A stretch of 64,000 bases of DNA from an uncultured delta proteobacterium (GTDB lineage Bacteria > Myxococcota_A > Polyangia > Polyangiales > JAFGIB01), in contig CAVZVA010000010.1 in the NCBI GenBank assembly GCA_963778655.1, forward strand, positions 1,024,001-1,088,000, in the 5' to 3' direction. The notes under the pieces were generated by a model. That model saw nothing but the letters and a program-made list of their open reading frames with translations, did no database searches and was not told the DNA's origin. The translations under genes were made by a program, and so were the position numbers. Of the stretch, positions 32,179 through 41,127 are shown piece after piece (position 1 is the first letter of the stretch; each line of letters starts with the position of its first letter).

Positions 32179-33492
32179 ATGAAACGTTCACATCACGAGG
32201 GTTGGGTTGTTTGGGTGGGCGCGCTCTGCTTGAGCGCCTGCGGGAGCGCTGGCGGCACCAGCGGCACCGGCGGCGTGCCCGGCGGGGGCACCGGCGCGAC
32301 ATTCAGCTCCGGAAGCGGTGGCTATAACGGCACGCCCGGGACTGGTGGCTTTCCCGCAACCGGGCTCGGTGGCGCCTCGGGTGCTTCGGTTGGCGGGACG
32401 GGCGGAAGTGCGAGCACAGGCCTGGGTGGCGCTGGGGGGTCGGCCATGAGCAGCGGCGGCACGGGCGGCATGGCCGGCGGCACGGGCGGCATGGCGGCCG
32501 GCGGCACGGGCGGCATGGCGGCCGGCGGCACGGGCGGCATGGCGGCCGGCGGCACGGGCGGCATGGCGGCCGGCGGCACCGGCGGCATGGCCGGCGCAGC
32601 GGGCGGCGGCGCGGGCACGGGTGGCGCGCTGCCCGCGAAGTTCTGCGGCAACATCACGACGGGCGGACAGGTGCGTTCGGACTTCATCAACTATTGGGAC
32701 CAGATCACGCCCGAGAACGAAGGCAAGTGGGGCACGGTCGAGGGCACGCGCAACAAGATGAATTGGGCCGGTCTCGACGCGGTGTACAACTACGCGAAGC
32801 AGCACAATATCCCGTTCAAGCAGCACAACTTCGTGTGGGGCTCGCAGCAGCCGAGCTGGATCAGTGGGCTTCCCCAGGACCAGCAGCGAGCGGAGGTGGA
32901 GGAGTGGATTCGGCTCTTCTGCGAACGCTACCCGGACACGCAGATGATCGACGTCGTCAACGAGCCGCCGCCGCACACGACGCCGCCTTATGCTGCTGCG
33001 CTAGGGGGCGCGGGCGCGAGTGGCTACGATTGGATCGTGCAAGCCTTCAAGTGGGCGCGTCAGTACTGCCCGAATTCGATCCTGATCCTGAACGACTACA
33101 ACACGATCGAGTACGCCAACGACAACAGTCACTTCATCGATATCGTGAACGCGATCAAGGCGGCCGGCGCGCCCATCGACGCCATCGGCGCGCAGGCACA
33201 CGCGGCATACAACATGTCGACCAGCACCGTGCAGATGTACCTCAGCAAGCTCGAGGCTACGGGGCTGCCCGTCTACATCAGCGAATACGACATCAATGTG
33301 TCCGACGACAATCAGCAGAAGAACGTCATGGAGAGTCAGTTCACGATGTTCTGGAACGACGACAACGTCAAAGGCATCACGATCTGGGGGTACATCGAAA
33401 ACCAGACGTGGGAACCGAATACCGGCCTCATGTCGAGCGGCGGGCAGATGCGACCTGCCATGACCTGGCTGATGAGCTTCCTCCACCGATAG
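32179..33492 (+). CDS. GH10 endo-1,4-beta-xylanase lipoprotein
   Basis: LSAC lipobox; QITPENEGKWG, QHNFVWG, DVVNEP, NDYN, IGAQAH, ISEYD motifs. Confidence 0.93.
   Translation: MKRSHHEGWVVWVGALCLSACGSAGGTSGTGGVPGGGTGATFSSGSGGYNGTPGTGGFPATGLGGASGASVGGTGGSASTGLGGAGGSAMSSGGTGGMAGGTGGMAAGGTGGMAAGGTGGMAAGGTGGMAAGGTGGMAGAAGGGAGTGGALPAKFCGNITTGGQVRSDFINYWDQITPENEGKWGTVEGTRNKMNWAGLDAVYNYAKQHNIPFKQHNFVWGSQQPSWISGLPQDQQRAEVEEWIRLFCERYPDTQMIDVVNEPPPHTTPPYAAALGGAGASGYDWIVQAFKWARQYCPNSILILNDYNTIEYANDNSHFIDIVNAIKAAGAPIDAIGAQAHAAYNMSTSTVQMYLSKLEATGLPVYISEYDINVSDDNQQKNVMESQFTMFWNDDNVKGITIWGYIENQTWEPNTGLMSSGGQMRPAMTWLMSFLHR
32455..32592 (+). repeat. Coding tandem repeat (GGTGGMA/GGTGGMAA x6)
   Basis: Four exact GGCGGCACGGGCGGCATGGCGGCC units flanked by 21-bp variants. 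Confidence 0.92.
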
Positions 33493-33547
33493 GAACGACG
33501 GCGGACGATTCTACCGAGACGGCGACAACGTCAGGAGGCGCCCGTGA

Positions 33548-33775
33548 TCTTTGAGCGCGTACGCGAAGCACCAGGATCCGTTCACGATGCTGGACGGCTC
33601 GCGCATCACGCAGAAGGCGCAGTGGCGATGTCGCCGCGCTGAAATCGAAGCGCAGGTCGAGCGGTACGAGTCCGGTCCCAAGCCGACCGCGCCCGACGAC
33701 GTCAGCGCTCAGCTCCTCGGGTAACAGCCTGTCGATCACCGTGAGCGCCGGCGGCAAGAGCATCTCCTTGTCCTC
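33548..33775 (+). pseudogene. CE15 glucuronoyl esterase N-terminal remnant
   Basis: Manual translation SLSAYAKHQDPFTMLDGSRITQKAQWRCRRAEIEAQVERYESGPKPTAPDDVSA, frameshift, then SGNSLSITVSAGGKSIS. Matches the DPF...W.CRR.EI...YE.G.KP start of CE15 domains; no start codon or catalytic region. Confidence 0.75.
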
Positions 33776-34101
33776 GCCGGCACCCGCCGTCGCTTGCAGC
33801 ACGAGTCGGGGCTCGAGCCGTTCCCGCACACGCGTCCCAGCTGCGCAACCAGACACGTGCCAACTCGGAACGCGGGGGATCTCCAGATGTTGGGGTGACC
33901 CGCAGGCACTAGTAGGAGTCTTGGCGCAATTTTGAAAGGATTGCGGGGTGCGACCCACCTATACGCAGGTCAGCGCCGGGTGTGGGAAACGCGAAGCGCC
34001 GGTCGGCTATGCGAGCCCGAATCAGCGCAAGGCCACCCGGCGCGACGTTGCGAGCGGCGCCGGAACCGACCCTTGCGCGACTCGGGTAGAAGTCGACCAC
34101 C

Positions 34102-35400
34102 ATGAGCCCCCGCAGCCTTGGAATCACACTCGCCGTCACCGCCTTTATCACCGCTGGTTGCTCCACCAAGAGCGGCGGCAATGGCATGGGCCCGCCGGGC
34201 GGCGGCACTGGCGGGCAGACCACGCAATCGCCGGTGACCGGCGCCGGCGGGGCGAACAGCGTGTCCGGCGCGGGCGGTGGCGGAAGCTCCGCCAATCCGT
34301 CGCCCGCCGGGAGCGGCGGCGCGATGGGCATGGGCGCGGGGATGGGCATGGGCACGGGCAGCGGTGGAGCCGCCGGCTCGAGCAGCGGCAGCCGCGGACA
34401 GGGGCAGCCCGCGACCAGCGACGCGGGCGTCGCGAGCGCCGACGCCGGGATGGCGTGCGATAAGGACCTCACGCCGATGGCCGGCCAGGACGACTGCACG
34501 GCGCCGCTCAAGCCCAACGACGACCGCCTGTGCAAGTACATGTACGGCGGGCAGATGCGGCAGTTCTATATCTACGCTTCACCCAGCTTCAACCCGTGCA
34601 AGCCGGCGACGCTGATCATGGACTGCCACGGCTTGAGCGAGAGCGCAGAGGTGCACACCGGAATGGTGGGCTTCAACCTCACCGGCCAGATGTTCCCGAG
34701 CGGTTATGGCTCCGGATGGCGCATGGCGGTTCAACACGACAATGCCATCGTCGTCACGCCGCAGGGGATCAACGACTCCTGGACCCCGTCGAGCGACGTG
34801 CCGTTCGTGAACGACGCTGCCGACAAGGTCGAGGCAATCGCCGACGTCGACCCGGATCACGTCTATGTCACGGGCATCTCGATGGGCGGCATGATGACGG
34901 TCGCCACCGGCTGCGACAACGCCTCGCGCTGGCGGGCCATGGCGCCGGTGTCGATGCTCTCGCAGAGCTGCGACCAGCTCGCGCGTCCGACGCCGGTCAT
35001 TTCGTTCCACTCCAGCACCGATCAGCTCACCAGCTACAGCGACGACCAAACGCTGATGGGGACGATCGCCGGGTTCGACCACTGCACGATGGGGCCGATG
35101 CCGGCGATGAGCTACGGCGGGTCGAACAGCTCCTCCGACAAGGTCTGCTACGTCATGCCGAACGGCGTCGGCGACCCGGATGCGCCCGACCCGTACAACA
35201 TCCCGCTGCAGCCGTGCCCGAGCTCGGCGCCGGAAACCACCTGCGTGAAGTGGACCGGATGCGACGGCGGGGTCGAGGTGGTGTTCTGCACGGTTGCGGC
35301 ATCGACCCAACCGCTCGGCGGTCACATTCTGTACAACAACGACACTCAGCTCGACCTCGCCGAGGTCGCTTGGCCGTTCTTCAAGAAGTTCTGGAAGTGA
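34102..35400 (+). CDS. Lipoprotein esterase, LpqC/PHB-depolymerase (CE1-like) family
   Basis: TAGC lipobox; IMDCHG, VVTPQG, DPDHVYVTGISMGG nucleophile elbow, FHSSTD, GGH. Confidence 0.85.
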   Translation: MSPRSLGITLAVTAFITAGCSTKSGGNGMGPPGGGTGGQTTQSPVTGAGGANSVSGAGGGGSSANPSPAGSGGAMGMGAGMGMGTGSGGAAGSSSGSRGQGQPATSDAGVASADAGMACDKDLTPMAGQDDCTAPLKPNDDRLCKYMYGGQMRQFYIYASPSFNPCKPATLIMDCHGLSESAEVHTGMVGFNLTGQMFPSGYGSGWRMAVQHDNAIVVTPQGINDSWTPSSDVPFVNDAADKVEAIADVDPDHVYVTGISMGGMMTVATGCDNASRWRAMAPVSMLSQSCDQLARPTPVISFHSSTDQLTSYSDDQTLMGTIAGFDHCTMGPMPAMSYGGSNSSSDKVCYVMPNGVGDPDAPDPYNIPLQPCPSSAPETTCVKWTGCDGGVEVVFCTVAASTQPLGGHILYNNDTQLDLAEVAWPFFKKFWK

Positions 35401-35649
35401 CGGGCTGCGGTGGATGTAGCTGAAGGGGCGCCGAGCCCGCCGGCTGCACACAGTGTCAGCCCGACATCTCGCGACTCGAGCTTGCCAAGCTTGCCTAGCG
35501 TCGTGGATCATCGATCTGGATGACCGATCACGATTCGGGAACGGCCATGCCGCGCACAGGGAGTCGGCGCGACTCCCTGACAATCAAAGGAGAGATCTGG
35601 GTTTGTGATTCAATCCCGAATCGCGAGCTCTGATTGAGTGGTCGCTAGA

Positions 35650-38600
35650 ATGGTTGCTTCGAATCCGCCGGAACCGATGACCTCAGTGACGGCCGGCGTC
35701 ACCGAGCAAAGCGGTGAGTCGGACGTGACGCCAGTACAGGCCGACTCGGCCGCGCTGCCCGAGCGCGTCGGTGAACGTTACCGCGTCGTCTCCGAGCTCG
35801 GTCGCGGGGGCATGGCGGTCGTCTATCGCGTGGTCGATACGCTCGGGGAGCGCGAGATCGCGCTCAAGCAGCTGACGGTGCGGGCCGGTGAGCGCTTCTT
35901 TCGCGAGCAGGCGGCGGCATTCGAACGCGAATACCACACCCTGGTCCAGCTGTCGCACCCGCGCATCATCGAGGTCTACGACTTCGGCAACGATCCGGGC
36001 GGCCGCTACTACACCATGGAGCTGCTCGAGGGCGCCGACTTGAGGGAGCGCTCGCCGCTGCCCTGGCGCGAAGCCTGCCGCTTGCTCTACGACGTGACGT
36101 CCTCGCTGGCGCTCTTGCACTCGCGCCGGCTGGTGCACCGCGACATCAGCCCGCGCAACGTACGCCGCACGCGTGACGGCTCGGCCAAGCTGATCGACTT
36201 TGGCGCGCTGGTGCCGATGGGCGCCACCGGTCAGATTGTCGGCACACCGCCCTTTCTGCCGCCCGAGGTGTTGCACCGCTCGACGCTCGACGCGCGCACC
36301 GATCTGTTCTCACTCGGCGCCACGCTCTACTACACGCTCACCGGGCGCTTCGCGTACCCAGCGCGCGACTTCTCGCGGCTGCAGCATGTGTGGGCGAAGC
36401 GGCCGGCGCCGCCCTCGGCCGTGACCGCCGGCATTCCGGCGGCGCTCGACGCGCTGGTGATGTCCCTGGTCAGCCTCGATCCCGAGCTGCGTCCGCGCAC
36501 GGCGTTCGAGGTGATGCAACGTTTGGCTGCGCTCGCAGGCATCGAGCGCAGCGAAACGGAGGACGTCTCGCAGGCATACGTGTCGACGCCGGTGATGCTG
36601 GCACGCGATGAGGCGCTCGCGGTCGTGCGCGAACGGATCGGGCTCGCGCTGTCAGGCTGCAGGAGCGGGCTCCTGATTCAGGGTCCGGCGGGCATCGGCC
36701 GCACGCGCATGCTCGATGCGACCGCGCTCGAAGCCAAGATCGCGGGCGCCGCCGTGCTGCGTGTCAACGCCGGCAGCGAAATGGATGCCGCCTTGTCGGT
36801 CGGGCAAGCGCTGGCGGCGGAAGTGGTCGAGGCGTTGCCTCGGCTCGCGCTTTCCGCCGCGCGCCATGAACGCGTGACCGAGCTGCTGTTCGAGTCGCCT
36901 GACCCCGGCGGCGGCGGGCGCGAAGGCGGCTCCGAGCGAACGCCGCGCCTGAAGGCGCTGGCCGGCCGCGGCGGCGATCGCAGGGCGATCCAATCAGCGC
37001 TCACGCGCTTTCTGCTGCGGGTGGCCAAGGCCCAAGCGCTGGCGATCCTGATCGACGACGTACAACGCGCCGACGAAGCCTCGCTGGCGCTGCTGGCCGC
37101 GCTCGTGCTCGGCGAAAAGGACCGGCGCTTGCTGTTGATTGCGACCGCCGAGACCGACGCCGCGGCGCAGGTGGCCGAGGCGTTCGACCTGCTCAAGCGC
37201 GAGTGCACGCCGGTCGAGCTGCCGGCGTTGAGCCGCGAGCAAACCGAAGCCTTGCTGACTTCGGTCTTCGGCGACGTTCCCAACCTGGCGCTGGTCGGCG
37301 ACCGATTGTTTACGGCCGGCGCGGGCAACCCACGTGAAACGATGGAGCTGGTGCAGCAGCTTATCGCGCGCGGCGCCGCCCGCTATGCCAGCGGTCAGTG
37401 GCAGCTGCCGGCGCGGCTCGAGGCGGCCGATCTGCCGAGCACCGCCGCCGACGGCTGCAAGCGGCGGGTAAGCGAGCTGTCCCCAACGGCGCGCTTGCTC
37501 GCGGAGATACACGCGCTCGCGCTGCACAAACAGCTCAGCCGCGAAGACTACGCCCGTGCCGCGAGCGAAGTGGCATCCGTCGAGCTCGACGCTGCAATCA
37601 CCGAGCTGCTCAGGGAGCGCGTGCTCGCGAGCGACGGGCGCGCCTACGTGCTGTCGAGGCGCGAGTGGCCGAAGGCGCTGCTCGACGGGCTCGACACGTC
37701 TACGGTCGAAAGCCGCCATTGCATGCTCGCGAGGGTCTACGAGAACGACGACGCGCACGGGATCGAGCGGACCTACCATCTTCTGGCCGGTGGCCTCGAG
37801 CAGGAAGGCGTCGAGTTGCTGGGGAGCTTGCTGCTCGCCACCCGCGACGACAACACCGGGCTGATGTCTTTGACCTCGCTGAGTGCCGACCGTGTGGCGC
37901 TGGTTCTGGACCGCGGCCTGACCGCCGCGGAGCGGCTCGGGCACAAGCCTCGCGAGACGAGCGAGATTCGCCGTGGGCTGTTTGCTGTCAGCGTGATCTC
38001 CGACGAAGCCCACTACATGCGGACCGCCCCCATTTGGCTGGCCCAGCTCAAGCGCGACTCCGGCCTCACGCACTACGAAGCGATCACGGACGTGGCCGAT
38101 CCCGGCGAGCGCTTGATGCGTGCGCTGACCGCGGCCGGCGAGCAGTATGCGGCGGCGCCGGAGGACGCGCGCGTGTACACGGTCGAAGCCGCGATCAAGA
38201 ACCTGGTGTATTTCGTCGCGATCTCGATCGCGATTGGCTCTCGTACGCAGGACGCGGCGCTGCTGGCGTCGCTGCCCCCGCTGCTCGAGCCACTCGCCGC
38301 GCTCTCGCCGCTGATCCACGCGATGTGGCAGAACTCGATCGCCACCCGGGAAACGGTCCACGACAACCACCCTGAGTCCGCGCGCGCGCGCTGGCTCGAG
38401 GTCGATGCCGCGCTTTCGAGAATCAGCTCGACCGAGCTCAGCTATGTCGCCACGTTGCGCGGAGCGATCGCGTACGGAATGGGCTTGGTCGAAGCGCGCC
38501 TCGGACTCGCGTCCGCCGAACAGACGGCGCGCACGCTGGAGAACGATCCGTTCCAGCGTGTGAGCGGGGCGTCGCTGCGCAGGATTGCGCGCTTGCACCA

Positions 38601-39888
38601 AGGCGACTTCGAGGGCGCCGAGCGGTTCCGCCGGCGTGCCGAGCTGCTCGCGTTGCAATCGAACCAGCGCACGATGTTTCAGAGCACGCTCACCGCCGAG
38701 CTGTTCGCGTATGGGTTGGCGAGCGACCTGACCGGCATCCGCCAGCTGGCGGACGCGATCGAGCCGCTTGCCGCGCGCTTTCCCGGGTGGCTCGGGTACA
38801 AGTACCTGGCGGACGGTTACTTCGAGCAGGCGCGGGGCCGGCTCGAGAACGCGCGCGCCGCGCTCGAGCGCGGGCTGGCGGTCGCGGAGCCCGACGCGAG
38901 TAACCGCAACCGGTGTTTCGCGGCCTGGCCTCGGCTCGAGGGCAGCTACATCGAGGTGCTCGTCGGCTTGGACCGCGCTGCGGAGGCCAGGGCTCGCGGC
39001 GAGCGCGCCCTGCAGATCTGCGCCGAGTACCGTATCGAGGCCGTGGCCGTCGGGATTCGCCGCGCGCTGGCGCTGGCCGAGGCCAAGCTGGGCGACTACC
39101 CGGGTGCGAGCCGGCGTCTGGAAGAGGTGATCCGCGATCTGGAGGCGCTCGGAATCACCGGGCTCGAGCTGGGCGCGACCTGCGAAGCGCGCGCGCGGAT
39201 CGCGATCTGGGCCAACGACGACGCCGCGATCGAAATGTATGGCCGGCTGACCGCCAAGGAGTACCGCCACGGCGAGCGTTCGCCTCTGGGCGCGCGCTAC
39301 GAGCGTTTGATGGACGAAGCGCGGAGCTCGGGCGTGTTCGTGCTGCCGGAGCTCAACGAGTTCCAGATCAAGCTCACGACCACGAATTGGCGCGGCACCG
39401 AGAGCACTGCGACGACCGTCGTGGCGCGCGATCCGCTGGTCGGTGCGAAGAGCGCGTCCGAGCGCGCGGAGCGGGCGCTGTGGCTGCTGTGTGAAGCGCG
39501 CGACGCGCGCTCCGGTCAACTCTATCTCTACAGGGCGGGTCGGCTTGAGCTCGCGGCCTCACTCGGACAGAGCCCGCCGACTCCGGAGCTGCGCGGTCTC
39601 TCCGAGCGCTTTGCCGCGCAGCAGCTTCGCCCGGACGAATACGCCACCGTGATCGAAGCCGAGCAGGTGCCGTCCCCGGAGGCCTCGTCGTGGCTCGACA
39701 CCCGCGGCGTGGTCCACCAGTTCTTGCTGCTCTGCGGAAAGCATGGCGACGAGCGGCTGTGCGCAGGCGTGGCGGTGGTCGAGGCGAGCGCCGACACCGC
39801 GATCGATTCGGACGTGCGGCAGCTCTTGGACGAGCTGGCGGGCGAGCTGCTCACGCGCGGCGACGCCGGGGGCGTCGCCGTCGCGTAG
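35650..39888 (+). CDS. Ser/Thr protein kinase with AAA/STAND-like ATPase and helical repeat region
   Basis: LGRGGMAVVY, IALK, HRDISPRN, DFG; Walker A-like GPAGIGRT, Walker B ILIDD, GNP. Confidence 0.92.
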   Translation: MVASNPPEPMTSVTAGVTEQSGESDVTPVQADSAALPERVGERYRVVSELGRGGMAVVYRVVDTLGEREIALKQLTVRAGERFFREQAAAFEREYHTLVQLSHPRIIEVYDFGNDPGGRYYTMELLEGADLRERSPLPWREACRLLYDVTSSLALLHSRRLVHRDISPRNVRRTRDGSAKLIDFGALVPMGATGQIVGTPPFLPPEVLHRSTLDARTDLFSLGATLYYTLTGRFAYPARDFSRLQHVWAKRPAPPSAVTAGIPAALDALVMSLVSLDPELRPRTAFEVMQRLAALAGIERSETEDVSQAYVSTPVMLARDEALAVVRERIGLALSGCRSGLLIQGPAGIGRTRMLDATALEAKIAGAAVLRVNAGSEMDAALSVGQALAAEVVEALPRLALSAARHERVTELLFESPDPGGGGREGGSERTPRLKALAGRGGDRRAIQSALTRFLLRVAKAQALAILIDDVQRADEASLALLAALVLGEKDRRLLLIATAETDAAAQVAEAFDLLKRECTPVELPALSREQTEALLTSVFGDVPNLALVGDRLFTAGAGNPRETMELVQQLIARGAARYASGQWQLPARLEAADLPSTAADGCKRRVSELSPTARLLAEIHALALHKQLSREDYARAASEVASVELDAAITELLRERVLASDGRAYVLSRREWPKALLDGLDTSTVESRHCMLARVYENDDAHGIERTYHLLAGGLEQEGVELLGSLLLATRDDNTGLMSLTSLSADRVALVLDRGLTAAERLGHKPRETSEIRRGLFAVSVISDEAHYMRTAPIWLAQLKRDSGLTHYEAITDVADPGERLMRALTAAGEQYAAAPEDARVYTVEAAIKNLVYFVAISIAIGSRTQDAALLASLPPLLEPLAALSPLIHAMWQNSIATRETVHDNHPESARARWLEVDAALSRISSTELSYVATLRGAIAYGMGLVEARLGLASAEQTARTLENDPFQRVSGASLRRIARLHQGDFEGAERFRRRAELLALQSNQRTMFQSTLTAELFAYGLASDLTGIRQLADAIEPLAARFPGWLGYKYLADGYFEQARGRLENARAALERGLAVAEPDASNRNRCFAAWPRLEGSYIEVLVGLDRAAEARARGERALQICAEYRIEAVAVGIRRALALAEAKLGDYPGASRRLEEVIRDLEALGITGLELGATCEARARIAIWANDDAAIEMYGRLTAKEYRHGERSPLGARYERLMDEARSSGVFVLPELNEFQIKLTTTNWRGTESTATTVVARDPLVGAKSASERAERALWLLCEARDARSGQLYLYRAGRLELAASLGQSPPTPELRGLSERFAAQQLRPDEYATVIEAEQVPSPEASSWLDTRGVVHQFLLLCGKHGDERLCAGVAVVEASADTAIDSDVRQLLDELAGELLTRGDAGGVAVA

Positions 39889-39973
39889 CACCGATCGGGG
39901 CCTCATAGCTTGCTTCGCCGCGCTGATGTGGCGCCCGCAGGCGTGGGCCTGCCTCGATCGGCGCGGGATCGCG

Positions 39974-41011
39974 CTAGGGGTGGCGACGACCGCGGCCGCG
40001 CACGTGCGCTTGCCAGGCCAGCATGGCCAGCACGCTCAGGAGCGCGGTCGCGGACACGGCGAGCACCGTGGTGTTGGCGAGCGTCCATAGCGCGAGAACG
40101 CGTACGCGCGTGCCGAAGGCGGTGTGCCCCGCGTGGGTGAGCGCGGCCCACGCGTTGGGAGGCGCGTCCGGCGTGAGACGTTGCGTTGCGGCGCGCTGCG
40201 GCGCGTGGTCGTTGCGCGTTGTGGTGTCCCGAGCGGTCGGCGCAGGCGCGGCCGGCGGAGGGCGCACGTCCAGCCCGGTGGCGAGCGCGCCTTGTGCTGA
40301 CACCGAAGCCTCGTCGGGTTGCGCAGACGTGCTTTCGGCAGCGGGTTGCGGGGCACCAGCGATGCTCTCGGTCACGGGCGCCTGCGGCGACGGCCGCTCT
40401 GCGGAGGATGCTGACGCGGTTTCGGGCGTGGATTGCTGCTCCGGCGCCGGCGCGCTCGCTTCCGCGCCGGCGCTCGAGAAGTGCGGTGTGCCTGGTTGGC
40501 CAGCGGCGGACAGGCTCGTGAGGTCGGCGCCGCTCGAGAACCACGCGGCACCGGGTTGACCAGGCGCAGGCACACGGGTCGCGTCGGCGCCGCTCGAGAA
40601 CCACGCGGCACCGGGTTGACCAGGCGCGGGCACACGGGTTGCGTCGGCGCCGCTCGAGAAGTAGGCGGCGCCGGGTTGGCCGGGTGCGGGCACACGGGTC
40701 ACGTCGGCGCCGCTCGAGAAGTAGGCGGCGCCGGGTTGGCCCTGCGGCGGCACGCTCGAGAAGTCGGCGCCATCGGAGAAGTAGCGCGCGCCGGGTTGGC
40801 CGGGCGCGGGCACGCTGGTCGCGTCCGCGCCGCGGGAGAAGTACTCCGCGCCCGGTTGCCCCGGCTTGGGCACGCTGGTGACCTCGGCGCCGTTGGAGAA
40901 GTATGGGTCCCCCTCCACGGATGGCTGCGCCTGCGCGGCCCCCAGCCATAGCGCGACCGCCAGCGCGAGAGTCGCGCAAACAGGCGTGAGGCTCGGGGCA
41001 TACCGCTCCAT
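39974..41011 (-). CDS. Exported, C-terminally membrane-anchored 20-aa repeat protein
   Basis: Signal peptide ending in AQA-Q; seven (Y/W)FS.GAD.T.VP.PGQPGA. repeats; Ser/Ala/Pro stalk; hydrophobic segment and Arg-rich tail. Confidence 0.85.
   Translation of the reverse strand: MERYAPSLTPVCATLALAVALWLGAAQAQPSVEGDPYFSNGAEVTSVPKPGQPGAEYFSRGADATSVPAPGQPGARYFSDGADFSSVPPQGQPGAAYFSSGADVTRVPAPGQPGAAYFSSGADATRVPAPGQPGAAWFSSGADATRVPAPGQPGAAWFSSGADLTSLSAAGQPGTPHFSSAGAEASAPAPEQQSTPETASASSAERPSPQAPVTESIAGAPQPAAESTSAQPDEASVSAQGALATGLDVRPPPAAPAPTARDTTTRNDHAPQRAATQRLTPDAPPNAWAALTHAGHTAFGTRVRVLALWTLANTTVLAVSATALLSVLAMLAWQAHVRGRGRRHP
40484..40903 (-). repeat. Seven in-frame 60-bp tandem repeats
   Basis: Successive 60-nt lines share CGTCGGCGCCGCTCGAGAA...CCGGGTTG. 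Confidence 0.95.
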
Positions 41012-41048
41012 GGCTGTCCGCCTTTACTCCTGACCTAGTCGTCACATA

Positions 41049-41064
41049 AGCACGCATCGCGCCA
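41049..41064 (-). promoter_or_regulatory. Sigma54 -24/-12 promoter candidate for the repeat protein
   Basis: Minus strand TGGCGCG-ATGC-GTGCT (GG-N10-GC); predicted start about 27 nt before ATG 41011 with CAGGAG in between. Confidence 0.55.
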
Positions 41065-41127
41065 GCGCGACCCCCATGCGCCAACGGGCACGTCGACAAA
41101 CCCTGATCGAACGTGCGAACCGTCGCG

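Noticed and set aside
32455..32592. GGM repeats in the GH10 linker as a functional Met-rich domain
   Set aside because: Typical low-complexity Gly tether of these lipoproteins, most simply explained by slippage.
33428..33958. Minus-strand 176-aa ORF as a transposase remnant
   Set aside because: No DDE motif or terminal repeats; better explained as the antisense of the CE15 remnant.
40484..40903. 60-bp periodic repeats as a CRISPR array
   Set aside because: No unique spacers, the period is a multiple of three within an ORF that has a signal peptide, and there are no cas genes.
25430..41100. Prophage or integrative element with attR at tRNA-Leu
   Set aside because: No integrase, phage genes or duplicated tRNA 3' end found by eye.
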